Positions 40,808-55,713 of a stretch of DNA of 64,000 bases are shown here, one piece after another; within the stretch, counting starts at the first letter, position 1; each line of letters starts with the position of its first letter. The DNA is taken from positions 209,996,001-210,060,000 of the forward strand of contig NC_086097.1 in assembly GCF_963921235.1 (NCBI RefSeq), given 5' to 3'. Source of the DNA: Mobula hypostoma (taxonomy: Eukaryota). The position numbers and the translations under genes were made by a program. The notes under the pieces were generated by a model that searched no databases, was not told the origin of the DNA, and was given only the letters and a program-made list of their open reading frames with translations.

Positions 40808-41451
40808 TCAATGGGTGATGATGATCATCATCACAAGACTAGGCAGAAAGTATGGAGATCCTGAGATGCCCAGTCATCAAAATCTTCCTCTCGGCCTCAG
40901 CAGTGTAGGGCTCCACTCTGGATTTGCTATCTAGGTTGACTCTCATAGCCTTAGTCTCTCCCGAGATTACCCATAAGGCAATTGGTCTACTTACTCACAA
41001 AGAAGAGAACATCTGCAGATGCTGGAAATCCGAGCAACACATGCAAAATGCTGGAGGAACTCAGCAGGCCAGGAAAAAAGTACAATCAAAGTTTCAGGGT
41101 GAAACACTTTGGCAGGACTATTTACTCATAGCTGGGGGTCTGATTCACAAGCAGCAGGGCATGTCCACATCCCGGTGGACCTGCGTGCTATGTGTGCAGG
41201 GGCCAGACCTCCTCCCTGTTCTCAGTCTGAATGGAGTTCATTTTCTGTGTGTCACCAGCAAGGAGGCACCCTGTACATGAGGCTTGCTGTTGGAGAGTCT
41301 ATGTACTGGCAGGGAGAGACTTGCACATTCAGCTCTCCTTTTCACAAGACTGCTAGCCAGCAGTGGAAGCTGAAAGAGAGAGACAAGCACTAGCCACTAC
41401 ACTACCACACTAGATGCATCACAGCGACCATTCTGATCCGGAGTAACACAC
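40808..41451 (-). mobile_element. Older RTE-related non-coding element, interrupted by a Penelope pLTR piece at about 41003-41117
   Basis: Decayed HDV-like core at 41267-41245; CTAGTCTTG followed by a palindrome near the 3' end, as in 37185-37744. Confidence 0.5.
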
Positions 41452-42959
41452 CTCCAAATGCTTCAATCCAACATGAAGCTGATAATCTGTGTGACAAAGG
41501 CCCGTCACTAACTATGGACGGCACATGGTGCACTCGATAAAACACTCATCCCCAGCAGTAATAGTGACTAGGACTGAAACAGAACTGCTCCATGGAGCTG
41601 TCTCATATAGAGGCAGCAGCAACCTGCACAGGTGGGCTGATGGGGAGGATACCATCTTTAATTGGATAATTGAGTTAATTAGCTTTTGGTTGGTCTAGGG
41701 GGAGGGGCTTAGCAGTTATAAGCCTCAGGTTACAGATACAAACAGACAGGCTTTGGGGTGAATTTTTCTTTTGTGTTTAGTCTGAGAGTGGTTTTATTTT
41801 TATATATATATTTCTGCTTCCCCCCCCCAGTTTTTGTTTTGTTTTGAGGTAAATAAAAGCATCTCAATCTATTTTTGTGATTCAAGCCATCTGGTTATTT
41901 TTCTTAAACAATTGACCCACAGTTTTTTGTGACATTCTGTCCCACAACTCCTCAATTCCTCACACTGCTCTGCCCACCCCCTGGCATTTAAATGTAACTG
42001 TACTTCTGCCTTTATCAAGACAAGTTATCTTCTGTATGAAGATAAGCAGAGGATAACTGCTTATGCAAACTGCAATATAAACTCTGGTGATTTTGGAGAC
42101 CTCTGCAAATGTCAGATCAGGTGAAAGCATTAATTCCCAAATAATTCTTTTGGCTCTCCTGATTTCTGGAGGCAATTTTAAACTGATACTTTTCAAATTA
42201 GAGTCATACTGAAATAATTGATGTACAATTTATTAATGGCAGTTCCTTCTCAGATGGGTCGGAAGGTTCCAAGCTGCACTGTCAATCCACATGAGCTTGG
42301 TACTCACTCTAAGGGCGCTTCAAATAACTTTCCTCCCAATCTCCTTAGACCAGGCCTGAATGCAAATGGATCCTCTCCCAAAGATGCATGCACTCTCCCA
42401 GGTGGATCCAAGAAGTTCGAAAGGAGCTATTTCAAGGGAAATCAGGGGAGTTCTCCCAGGGCTGGCCTGGTCTGGCATAATTCAGGTAGTTACAAGATAG
42501 ACTGCCACCCCTGAGTTATGAGCCTTTCAGGAAGTTACCTGGGAAGCTGTGAAATAGATTCCACTCATCAACTGTGTTGTAAGATTTCAGAAATAGTTGT
42601 AGTTCAGTTGATTGGTGGAATTTGCGTGTGGGGAAGAAGGAATCACGGAGGAATATGCAGTCACCACAAGGAAGCCAATTAGCAGAAGGTGGAAGTGTTT
42701 ATAAACCTCCATGGGCCCAGCATACAAGTATGCCTGAGCTAAGCAATATCATTTGCAACCTAGAACTGCCTGCTTCTGTATGGTGGACACTCTCGGGCTG
42801 TAGCTGGGACTCCACTGGATGACAGGAACAGGGAATATTACGTCACCACACTGTAAAATGGCCACACAGTGAGGGTTTATTCACCTGCAACACAATCTAC
42901 ACTCAGTCACTAGCATGAGTTCTTTCAGGCTGCAGCCAGAATTCCACTCACAGATATAG

Positions 42960-44050
42960 GGTTATGGAACTCTACAGCACAGAAACAGGCCCTTTGGCAC
43001 GTATAGTCTATGCTGAACCATCAATCTGCCTAGTCCCATCAATCTGCACCTGGATCATAGCCTCCATACCCCTTTTATCCATATACAGTACCTATCCAAA
43101 TTTCTCTTAAATGTTGAAATCAACCCTGCATCCACCACTTGTGCTGATAGCTCACTCCACAGTCTCACAACCTGTTGAGTAAAGGAGTTCCCCCTCATGT
43201 TCCTCTTAAACATTTCACCTTTCACCCTTAACCCATGACCTCCCAAATGTAGTCCCACCCAACCTCAGTGGGAAAAAGTCTGCTTGCATTTACCCCATCC
43301 ATACTACTCATAATTGTGTACACCTCTATCAAATCTCCCCTCAGTCTTCTACATTCTAGGAAATAAAGACCTAACCTAGTCAACCTTTGTCTATAATTCA
43401 AGTCCTCAAGTCCCCAAGCCCCAGCAACATCCTTGTAAGTTTTCTCTGAACTCTTTCAATCTTATTTACATCTTTCCTGCAGGTAGACAATCAAAACTAC
43501 ACACAATACTCTAAATTAGGCTTCACCAATGTCTTACACAATTTCATTTCCTATACTCAGTACTTTGATTTATGAAGGCCAATGTTCCAAAAGCTTTCTT
43601 TATGACCCTATCTACCCGTGCCACTAGGTTTCATAAATAAAAATGGGGTGAGGCATTTTACACTTAAGAAAAATAGCAACTCATTCATTGTACTCCAAAC
43701 ACTGAACTCAAAGCACAGTAGAAGGGAGCCCCAACTCAATGTCTGTAGCTGTGAATTATGTATGTTTCCACCAATTACATTACCCTACAACACCATTTTC
43801 AAGGAATTATAGATTGTATTCCCAGATCCCTCTTCCTCACAGTCCTACTGCTCACCGTGTAAGACCTACCCTGATTGTTCCTCCCAAAGTGCAACATTTC
43901 ACACTCCTCTGATTTAAATTCCATCTGCTATTTTTCAGCCCATTTTCCCATCTGGTCCAGATCCCTCTGCAAGCTTTGACAGTCTTCCTCACCCCAGAAT
44001 CCTGGTGTCATCACAAATTTGCTGATCCAGTTTACCACATTATCTTCCAA
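42960..44050 (-). mobile_element. CR1 LINE 3' fragments; another at about 45017-45385
   Basis: Minus strand GHGLRVKGEMFKRNMRGNSFTQQVVRLWSEL. Confidence 0.85.
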
Positions 44051-47000
44051 ATATTTGTCATAGAGTTACAACTAATCAAGAGGCATTTGATGCAAAGGGC
44101 TGAGCTGTGCAAAATGCAGAAGCTGTTTATCTCCTGTAAAAAGCATTTATTCACAAAAAAAAATTGCACATTTGGGAAATAGATCACACTGAAGACCTAG
44201 AGTGAGGATCCACACTGAAAAATTTTAAATCCTTTGTTCTCTCCACAGGCAACAAGTATTTTGCAGCTTATTCAATTTAAGTCTCAGACAGCACTGTAAA
44301 CAGATATGATTATCATTGATATTCCCTTGACTGAAGAACACTGAACAAAACATAATCACAGTCCAATGTACCTATAAACAAGTTTATCCTCTGACCAATT
44401 TAGGTAATTAATTGTTGGGAACAGCAGACACAAATTCATTCCTGTAGTTAAATGTCAGATTAGTACACCTAGAAATTAATCTTAATTAATAGTGGTAATC
44501 TCCCTCATGCAGTTTTAAAATACTTCAGGAGAATGTAAATTCATTATTAGATGGTCCAGTGTAGCACTTGTGGGCTCCCTCAGACTTTTTCAAAATAATA
44601 GACCTTGCAGTTCAAATTTCCCAGAGGTCTGATCGTAATACCAGCTCTCCATGTACCTCTAATCACACCACTGTATGACCTCTTCCAGCTTGGGGCGGGG
44701 GGGAGTGTTGGCAAGGAACAAGACCTTGTCCCAGAGATGGGAGGACTGATGACACTGTATTCTCAAGGGAACAGAGTAACTTTCAGAAGCTTCTGCAGAA
44801 CAAAGAGCACAGTAGGCTATCTCTCATGCAAAAGACGTTTATAGCAAAAACTTGATAGAGAAGTGCTTGTGAATGTTTGCCCTGCGTGGCAGCCAATGTG
44901 TACGAAAACAGAAGTTAAATTGACAGGTAGTAAAAGGTTCGCTACTTTGCTGATACACCTTTTTTTGGAATTCTGGATTACAGCAATAAGCAATAAAGAG
45001 TCATAATCTGATGCTTAGAGTCATACAGCACAGAAACAGGCCTTTTGTCCCATTTTATTCATGCCAAACTGTTATTTTGCCTAGTACCACTGACACACAT
45101 CTGAACCCTCCATTACCCTCCCACCCATGTATTTATCCAAACTTCTCTTAAATGCTGCAATCAAACCCATATCCATCACTTCCACTGGCAGCTCATTCCA
45201 TTCTCCCACCACTCTCCGAATGGAGAAGGTCCCCCTCATATTCCTCTTAAATGTTTCATCTTTCAGCCTGAACTACAACCTTTAGTTCTAGTCTGGCCCA
45301 ACCTCTGTGAAAAAAAGCCAACTTGCATTTGTCCTATCTACACCTCTCACAATTTGTATACATCCATCAAATCTCCCCTCATTTATCTCTGCAGAGAAAG
45401 CCTGTGTGGATCTTCAGGAAAGGTTTCTGCGAGTGAGGATGACTCTCCCTTTGATATTTTCAGGGGCCATTGCTGCGAGTGATGATAATGTTATAGAGTT
45501 ACAGCACAGATGCCTTTTGACGCATTAGGGTCCATGCTGATCATCAACCACCCACTTTATTCTCCCCATGTTTCCAGGTTTTACCACTCACCAACTCACT
45601 AGTAGCAATTTGCTGTTTCTAATTAAGCAACCAATTTGCACATCTTTGGAAAATGTGGGAGGGAATTGGTACACCAGGAGGAATCTCACACAGTCTTGTG
45701 AGAAGATGAATCCAAAGTCAGGATTGAACCCAAGACTCCACCACTGAGAGGAAGTGGTTCTTATAACTATGTCACAGTGCTTTGTGAACATGGGACCACT
45801 TCACTTTTTGCTGTTTAATTTTGATGAGGAACTTGCTAAAGCCATCTGAGGATGTGATGACTGGGACTGCTATTTGGGATTTGTTCCGCAGGGAGTTGTG
45901 CAAAACCTTGAGACTACCGCAGAACTGTGTTTGACAGCTAAATAACAGTGCCTTCATCATTATTAAAACTGATTCTTCTGGGAGTGAACTAGGCTGCTGA
46001 GATACTTCCTAGGATGTGCTGGGACACATAATCAGTGATGTAACCTGGGGTCATCGGGTGTTTTGATTCTTTCAATATCAGACACTCTCACCCAGATGAC
46101 TCAGCCAGGGTTGATCAGGCCCTGGCTTGTGTCTCAGCAGCGTTGGTCCTTTTGATCGCTTGATCCATAGCCATCTGGAGGCTCGCAGAGCAGCCTCTGT
46201 GATGGTCCTCGTGGCTCTTTTCTTTGCTTCCCCCCTCCCCCAATATCAAGGAGAGAGTAGGTCCTGCACAGCAAGCAGTCAGAGAAGCCTCTACATCCCA
46301 CTTCTATAGGCCATTAATACCAAAATCCGGTTTTGATCATTATAGTGAACATTACAGTGGAAATAAAGTGACAAGACACAAGAAATTATTGTACTAAGTG
46401 ATCTATACCCTATTAACAAATTGTGGTAACTCTATCAGACATGTACATTAATTCTTTAGCAGTATGTTATTGCACATTTTTGCCTGCATAAGAGTGGTTT
46501 TGCCAACATTTGGCAGATAAATTTAAGTGTTGCAGCAACCTAGGATCTTGGCCCAGAATTTGCCATTTTAATGATATTGAAACTGTTAGTGTTCAGTGAC
46601 ATTACTGTTTAAAACTGGCATGTGCACTTTCACATTCAAAAGTTGCTATGGTTCCACTCTCACTTGATCTTGTGATCTGCATTGATGCTATGAGAACAGA
46701 GACAATGAGTTGACATGAAATTCATTTTCTGCACTTTTCTCACCATTTCAACCATATTTATTGATGTTATTTACTGAATGAACATGCAATTGATAGTAGG
46801 AGCTGATTATGTCTAATCAACCATTCTCACCATAAGAAATTACATGTAAAAATGACACTTGTAAATTTGTTGGATTTAAAATATAAAAAAAATTTGTTTT
46901 ACTTTAGAAAATATTTTGCAGATATCAACTCAAACAATGCTTGGGATTAATGAAGACAGAAATATCATAAGTTACAAGTTGCTGGTTTAATGTTGAAAAG

Positions 47001-48094
47001 AATTTTTCAACCTTATTGATTGCTTGATTACTTCACTGGCTTGATGCCATATGTGTTTATATTGAATAATAAAGCCTAGTGATTGTGCCTGGTTTCCAAA
47101 ATGTAGCAGTTTTATGTACGTTCAGATTGCAGCAATAATTTATAATTTCTACATTTAAACTTTAAACTTGATGTTTTCTTCAACAGTTAACAGTTTTTTT
47201 AAAAAACGATTAATTGTTAATGAACATATTACAGATCTCCACCCCATTCAGGTGCTAGTTATCCTATTAACTGAAAGTGATAGACATCTATAAGGATACC
47301 CTGTCAAGCATCAGGGAAACTTAAAATTAAGACAAAAGTAGTTAATGTAGGGAGGATTTTTAAAGAAAAGGTAGGCATTCATATTCTTTTTGATGATATT
47401 AGCATACATAAACAAATATGTAAATTAAAATGTATGGAGCCTTGTTGAGAAGAGACACTTACAGTTTAATGAACTGTTCAAGTTTTCACAATGTTTTTCT
47501 TACAGTTAATCATCATAATTGAACACATTTCAGAAGAGAGATAATGAAATTGAGAACGAGAGTAAAATTATAAGGTATAACCAAAGTCTAATGTTAAACC
47601 ACTAATAAATCCTTGAAAATTATTAGACAATATAAAAACAAGTGAATGACCACAGAAAAATAGAAGTAGGAACATGAACACTAAGGAACACTTAGTCGCT
47701 CAGAACTATTTGGCAACCAACATGATTGTAGCTGATCTGTACTAGTTTCCTTCCATCAGGTTGCCAACAACTCACCCTTTAATACCAATGGTCTAACATC
47801 AAATAACAGTTGCCAGCTGACCAAATGTATTGTTATTTATGAAAACTTCTACATCCTTTTGCTTTCATGTTTCCCTTCCTCCTGGTTGTTTCCCTTCCTC
47901 CTGAGAGCCCTGATTCAAACTGTTAAGTTGCCTCTCTATGCTTTAACAGTGACCGCAAATAATTTCTTTTTCACTGTTCCGGTTCCCGACAAAGAGCCTA
48001 GCCATCTTAATAAAGTTATCTTCCATATATCCCCTAAAGGTAATACTACTTGGTAACTTAATCTTAACAGCCAAGTTATTGTTTTATTCAGCAG

Positions 48095-50530
48095 AGGAGA
48101 CCGGAGCAGGAGAAGGCCAATCTGCCCTTTAAGCCTGCATCACCATTTACTAACACCAATCTTGGCACAACACTGTGTTCCTGCATTTTCCCCAGAAACC
48201 CTGACTCGTTTCTGCATCGACTATCTGTCAATCTCTGCCCTGAGTATGTTCAGTCGCCTTCATAGCACACTGGGGTAGATCATTCTAAAGATTCATGATG
48301 CTCAGAGAAAGTTTTTTCCTCATTTGTCTGAAATAGGTGACCCTTATTTTAATATTCTGACCCATATTTTTATGTACCTCCACTATTATTAACATCCTTC
48401 AGCCTCCACCCTGAAATGTGCTTCAGTGTCTCATGCTTCAGTAAGAGCCCCTCTTGTTTGTTATACATTATTGTGGTTTATACATCACCTGCTCAATCTT
48501 CATATTGCTGACTCCTTCATCTCCAGAATCAACCAAATGACCCTTCTCCACACTACTGCCGATGCAAGTACATCTTTCCTTAAACATAGAGACCAATCAG
48601 CACATAGTACTCCAGATGTGGTCTCAAGGTCACCTTGTAAAAGTTGCATTGAAACTTTCTTCTTCAAAACTTTATACTCTGTTTAATAAAGGCCAACATC
48701 CCATTAGCCTTCCTAATTTCTTGTACCTGCATACACTTTCAGTAGTAGACTGAGACAGCTGCACTGCTCCAAAGAGTGCTAAATGAGGTCATTCTTACCC
48801 TCAGCCATTAGGCTCTATAATAAGTTAAACTATAGTTGGGGAAGTGATGACTCCCCCCTGTTACACTGTTATTAACCTCTGTTTACCAGAGCTCTGTTTA
48901 TGCTCTGGCTCTGTTTTATTTTTAAGGTAACCTATTTTTATTTTTTCTTACTTCTCTTCTAATATTTGTGTATCTGTGCACTCATAATGCTACAGTGACA
49001 CTGTAATTTCCTTCAGAATTAAAAAGCATCAATCTATCCAACATGTTATTTTGTTTCATGAACTATGATCCCAAAATCACAATGTATATTTTATAATTTT
49101 GGTTCATTTAAATAACTTGATATCTTTCATTCTTATTTTATTTCCTTTTTTTCACCATACAGCTCACTTGCCAACCTCTTATCCAGTTATTTATATCTTT
49201 GTAAAAACTGTCTCCCTCACAAATGGCTCATTTTTCTAACATCAGCATATTTGGCTCTCAGTCCCTACCTCCAAGACATCAACACAGTGTATAAATATTG
49301 CAGCCCCAAACCAATCCCTGTAACTGCAGATTACAAATCCAAAAATGACTTATTTATTTCAAATGTTTGTTTTCCTTTCATTTCCCCTTACATGTTTTAC
49401 CTTTATTCTGCCTGTTCTTATCTGGAGGAGTAGTTTTTTTGTGCAAGAACCTACCAAAAACTTTCTGGAAACCCAAATACATTGCATCAATTGCTTATTA
49501 TCTCCTTAAAGAGCTTTAATTAACGTGAAATATTATTTTCTTTGCATATAAAATTAATGACTGTTTGTATTCAGATTTTCTAAATGTCTTGCTGTTATCT
49601 CCTTAATAGTGGATTCTAGCATGTTTTTATTGACAAATCTTAACCTAGCTTGCCCTATTTCCTACTTTTTGATTCCTACTTTCTTAAATGGTGGCAGTAA
49701 GTTTGTGGTTTTGCCAGTCCTCTAAGACTTCTCCAGATTCCAGGGAAGTTTGGAGATTACAGCCAATGCATTCATTATCACTGCTGCTACTTCCTATAAA
49801 ATCTTAGTTTACAGGTCACCAAGTCTAAAGGATGTGTTAACCTTTATCCTCATTAGCGTGCCCAGAAATTTCTTTCTATTAACAGCGACCCTTTTAAGTT
49901 CCTCTCCCTCTAACAGCCCATTAGTTATCTGTTATTATTGGGATATTTTCAGCATCTTCTGCTGTGAAACATCAATTCAAAATAATGATTTAGAATTTCT
50001 GTTGCTTCTTGTTATACAATACCAATTTATCAGTCTCCATCTTCTAAAGAACCAGGGATTTTAACTACTCTTTATGTATCTGTTTCTCTATCATTTGCTA
50101 GTTTACCCTCATAGTCTATATTAATACTTCTTTAAATATTTTCCAGTCATCATTTGCTGATTTCTAAGAAAAAATGATTCTGAACTTCTGCCCTACCATG
50201 AACCTATGCAACATTGTTTTGTCTTTCGTTTAAAATGATATGGCCTTTGATTGGTAATTGATGGTGCAAGTTGTTGAAAAAAATCCCTCACCAAAATATG
50301 CTACTGCAAGAAATAACATCATACATATCTGCTAGCTGATCTACTGTCCTACCGTTCAATCTTATTTCCTAGTCCAGTTTAGCTAACCTTCTCCTTGTGC
50401 CATTGTAATTGCCTTTATTTGATTTTAGAACATTGGCTTCAGACCCAAGTTTATCAATGTTTGAAGTTCAGGTATGCAGTGATAGGTACAGTAGTTCTTT
50501 GGGGATAGTTCACAACAAAATCATTAATTA
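48095..50530 (-). mobile_element. Highly decayed CR1 LINE with a Rex-type tail insert at about 48755-49040
   Basis: Reverse-strand remnants such as CACATAGTACTCCAGATGTGGTCTC (RPHLEY) and TTTGCCAGTCCTC (EDW); boundaries approximate. Confidence 0.65.
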
Positions 50531-51169
50531 ATCCTGTACCGTTTCACAATCTTTTGTTTCGTTGTTTCTGAGAGTGAAAAGTCTACTGAGTGTGAGGGAC
50601 ACCAATGTTAAAGGAATACCGAGAAATTGCAGATTTTGAGAAAGCTTTGGATTTCATATGATTAAATCAACTGGTAGTTTAAGGGACAATCAAAATTTAA
50701 ATATCCATTAATTCAGCTTAGCAAAGTGGTTACACAGTATTAAAATAGTGCAAGTACAAAATAGTGTGGATGTTACTTGATCACTATCGCACAGTATGCA
50801 TAAACAATCTAAATTAGCCAGAAGTGTTCAGTAGCTGCCATCAAATTTGGCAGGAGGTTCTTGATGGCAATGTCTGCAGAATGGAATAATTTATTGCCCC
50901 TATGCTTTTCTAATGTATTTATCATTTACTTTGAGGTACAGCATGGTGACAGGCTCTTCCAGCCTAATGAATCCATGCTGCCCAATTACACCTATGTGAT
51001 TAATAAACCTGAATTGATCTTTTGCATTTTATTTACTTGTACATTTTTACAGGATGTGGTTGTCGCAAGCAAGGTCACCTCTAATTGCCTTGCAAAGTTG
51101 GTGATGAGCCACCTCCTCGAACTGTTGCAATAGTTGTGAAGGATCTACAACAGTGCAGCAGCATCATGT

Positions 51170-51680
51170 GCAGGCCATGGAAGCCATGGACTGACATGTC
51201 GGAACAGGAATGGGGATAAGGATTAAAATGGTTGGCTACCGAGAAATTCTGCTTTTGGTGGATGGAGAGGAGGTGTTTGACAAAGTAGTCCCCCAACTTT
51301 CATCAGGTCTCATCAATATAGAAGAGGCTGCATCGGGTGCACCGGGAGCAATAGACAACACCAATAGATTTGCAGGTGAAGTGTTGCCTCACCTGAAAGG
51401 ACTGTTTGGGATTTCCCAGTGGCCAACCATTGAGCAGATCGGACCACTCTCCTCTCCTATCAGATTCTTTCCTCCTGAGCCTTTTACCTTCCTCACCCAC
51501 TTGGCTTCGCCTATGAACTTTGAGCTAGACCTCCTTTCCTTCCACACACCTTTTCCTTCTTCCTTTCCAGTCCTGAAGAGGGTATCAGCCTGAAATGTGG
51601 ATTCACTTCCATAGATACTGCCTGTTCTGGAGTTTTGTGTGTGTTTCTCTGGATTTCCAGCATCTGCAGAATACCTTGTG
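51170..51680. mobile_element. Penelope-like fragments in inverted arrangement
   Basis: Minus strand QSFQVRQHFTCKSIGVVYCSRCTRCSLFYIDET (GIY-YIG) followed by a + strand pLTR. Confidence 0.85.
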
Positions 51681-52312
51681 TTTAAAGAAAGAAAGAATTA
51701 ACATTGCACAATACTCTTTGTTGTGAAAAATGATTAAATAAGCACATTTAAAGAATGTACAGTAAATGTTGTGAAGTACAAGCCAGAGTCCATGCTCACA
51801 AGGTCAAGCTGTATAAACAGAGAAAAAACTGTGCAATTTCACCAATGGATGACCTATTCTGATACAATAAAGAAAATAAAGTTGTACCATTAGATATTGA
51901 GTCCAGAATTCTGCAATATGCCCTGTGGAAGATGCCATAATATACGGCCATTGTGCAAAAGGCACCAGATCTTCTGTCAGAGGGAGAGTGGGATGGAAAA
52001 TTGAAGTAACAGGCAACTGGAAGCTCAGGATCACTTCTGCAGACAGAGCACAGGTACTCCATTGTTTTTGATTTTCATTTACTGCAGGAAAAGTATATTT
52101 CACTAAAAGGCAAGTGCAAGCCAACGTTCTATCTGCGTCCATGAATGTGCCAGGGTAGAAGAAAGTGTTTGGCAGCAAAGAAATAAACTATGTAGAGAAG
52201 TAGAGGAAGAAAGAGTATATGAAAGGATTGTTGTGGTTATGTGCCATCACTCATGACAACCCCACGGATAGTGTAGTTGTTCATAGGGTTTTGCTATGAA
52301 GACTCCTTCTTC

Positions 52313-55300
52313 GACGGGTTACACTTGAATCCTAGGGGGACCAATATCCTGGCAGGGAGATTAGCGGGGGCTACTGAGGTGACTTTAAACTAGAATGGTT
52401 GGGGGGTGGGAATCAAATTAAAGAGGCTAGGCGTGAGGAGGTTAGTTCACAACAGAGGGATGGGAACCAGTGCAGAGAGACAGAGGGGTGTAAAGTGAGC
52501 GTAGAAGCAAAAAGTACAAAGGAGAAAAGTAAAAGTGGCAGGCCGACAAATTCAGGGCAAGCATTAAAAAGTGCCACTTTTCAACATAATTGTATAAGGG
52601 CTAAGAGAGTTGTAAAAGAGCGCCTGAAGGCTTTATGTGTCAATGCAAGGAGCATTCGTAATAAGGTGGATGAATTGAAAGTGCAGATTGTTATTAATGA
52701 TTATGATATAGTTGGGATCACAGAGACATGGCTCCAGGGTGACCAGGGATGGGAGCTCAACGTTCAGGGATATTCAATATTCAGGAGGGATAGACATGAA
52801 GGAAGGGGAGGTGGGGTGGCGTTGCTGGTTAAAGAAGAGATTAACGCAATAGAAAGGAAGGACATAAGCCGGGAAGATGTGGAATCGATATGGGTAGAGC
52901 TGCGTAACACCAAGGGGCAGAAGACGCTGGTGGGAGTTATGTACAGGCCACCTAACAGTAGTAGTGAGGTCGGAGATGGTATTAAACAGGAAATTAGAAA
53001 TGTGTGCAATAAAGGAACAGCAGTTATAATGGGGGACTTCAATCTACATGTAGACTGGGTGAACCAAATTGGTAAAGGTGCTGAGGAAGAGGATTTCTTG
53101 GAATGTATGCGAGATGGTTTTTTGAACTAACATGTCGAGGAACCAACTAGAGAGCAGGCTATTCTGGACTGGGTTTTGAGCAATGAGGAAGGGTTAATTA
53201 GCGATCTTGTCGTGAGAGGCCCCTTGGGTAAGAGTGACCATAATATGGTGGAATTCTTCATTAAGATGGAGAGTGAGATAGTTAATTCAGAAACAAAGGT
53301 TCTGAACTTAAAGAGGGGTAACTTTGAAGGTATGAGACGTGAATTAGCTAAGATAGACTGGCAAATGACACTTAAAGGATTGACGGTGGATATGCAATGG
53401 CAAGCATTTAAAGGTTGCATGGATGAACTACAACAATTGTTCATCCCAGTTTGGCAAAAGAATAAATCAAGGAAGGTAGTGCACCCGTGGCTGACAAGAG
53501 AAATTAGGGATAGTATCAATTCCAAAGAAGTAGCATACAAATTAGCCAGAGAAAGTGGCTCACCTGAGGACTGGGAGAAATTCAGAGTTCAGCAGAGGAG
53601 GACAAAGGGCTTAATTAGGAAGGGGAAAAAAGATTATGAGAGAAAACTGGCGGGGAACATAAAAACGGACTGTAAAAGCTTTTATAGATATGTAAAAAGG
53701 AAAAGACTGGTAAAGACAAATGTAAGTCCCCTGCAGACAGAAACAGGTGAATTGATTATGGGGAGCAAGGACATGGCAGACCAATTGAATAATTACTTTG
53801 GTTCTGTCTTCACTAAGGAGGACATAAATAATCTTCCAGAAATAGTAAGGGACAGAGGGTCCAGTGAGATGGAGGAACTGAGTGAAATACATGTTAGTAG
53901 GGAAGTGGTGTTAGGTAAATTGAAGGGATTGAAGGCAGATAAATCCCCAGGGCCAGATGGGGTCTGCATCCTAGAGTGCTTAAGGAAGTAGCCCAAGAAA
54001 TAGATGCATTAGTGATAATTTTTCAAAATTCGTTAGATTCTGGACTAGTTCCTGAGGATTGGAGGGTGGCTAATGTAACCCCACTTTTTAAAAAAGGAGG
54101 GAGAGAGAAACCGGGGAATTATAGACCGGTTAGCCTAACGTCGGTGGTGGGGAAACTGCTGGAGTCAGTTATCAAGGATGTGATAACAGCACATTTGGAA
54201 AGCGGTGAAATGATCGGACAAAGTCAGCATGGATTTGTGAAAGGAAAATCATGTCTGACGAATCTCATAGAATTTTTTGAGGATGTAACTAGTAGAGTGG
54301 ATAGGGGAGAACCAGTGGATGTGGTATATTTGGATTTTCAAAAAGCTTTTGACAAGGTCCCACACAGGAGATTAGTGTGCAAACTTAAAGCACACGGTAT
54401 TGGGGGTAAGGTATTGGTGTGGGTGGAGAATTGGTTAGCAGACAGGAAGCAAAGAGTGGGAATAAACGGGACCTTTTCAGAATGGCAGGCGGTGACTAGT
54501 GGGGTACCGCAAGGCTCAGTGCTGGGACCCCAGTTGTTTACAATATATATTAATGACTTGGATGAGGGAATTAAATGCAGCATCTCCAAGTTTGCGGATG
54601 ACACGAAGCTAGGCGGCAGTGTTAGCTGTGAAGAGGATGCTAAGAGGATGCAGGGTGACTTGGATAGGTTGGGTGAGTGGGCAAACTCATGGCAGATGCA
54701 ATTTAATGTGGATAAATGTGAAGTTATCCACTTTGGTGGCAAAAATAGGAAAACAGATTATTATCTGAATGGTGGCCGATTAGGAAAAGGGGAGGTGCAA
54801 CGAGACCTGGGTGTCATTATACACCAGTCATTGAAAGTGGGCATGCAGGTACAGCAGGCGGTGAAAAAGGCAAATGGTATGCTGGCATTTATAGCGAGAG
54901 GATTCGAGTACAGGAGCAGGGAGGTACTACTGCAGTTGTACAAGGCCTTGGTGAGACCACACCTGGAGTATTGTGTTCAGTTTTGGTCCCCTAATCTGAG
55001 GAAAGACATCCTTGCCATAGAGGGAGTACAAGGGAGGTTCACCAGATTGATTCCTGGGATGGCAGGACTTTCATATGAAGAAAGACTGGATGAACTGGGC
55101 TTGTACTCGTTGGAATTTAGAAGATTGAGGGGGGATCTGATTGAAACGTATAAGATCCTAAAGGGATTGGACAGGCTGGATGCAGGAAGATTGTTCCCGA
55201 TGTTGGGGAAGTCCAGAACGAGGGGTCACAGTTTGAGGATAGAGGGGAAGCCTTTTAGGACCGAGATTAGGAAAAACTTCTTCACACAGAGAGTGGTGAA

Positions 55301-55523
55301 TCTGTGGAATTCTCCGCCACAGGAAACAGTTGAGGCCAGTTCATTGGCTATGCTTAAGAGGGAGTTAGATATGGCCCTTGTGGCTACGGGGGTCAGGGGA
55401 TATGGAGGGAAGGCTGGGGCGGGATTCTGAGTTGGATGATCAGCCATGATCATAATAAATGGCGGTGCAGGCTCGAAGGGCCGAATGGCCTACTCCTGCA
55501 CCTATTTTCTATGTTTCTATGTT
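52313..55523 (+). mobile_element. Young CR1 LINE: end of ORF1 and nearly complete ORF2 (APE endonuclease and RT)
   Basis: DGLHLNPRGTNILAGR (ORF1 end); NARSI, GITETWL, MGDFN and SDH (APE); 484-aa RT ORF 53976-55430; stop at 53128 and frameshift(s) near 53960-54000; tail TTTCTATG repeats. Confidence 0.97.
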
Positions 55524-55713
55524 TTCATGGCAAGATATGGAAGTAGATTGCCAGGCCTTTCTTCCACATAGATACTACTTCTGCCCAGGTTGGGACCCTG
55601 GTCAGATTCAAACTCAGGAGCATCAGCCTCAAAGTCCAGTGCTGATGCCACGACACCACTGGCCGTGGAGAGAAATGATAATGCAAAGAGGAAAACATAA
55701 TTAAATTAATAAG

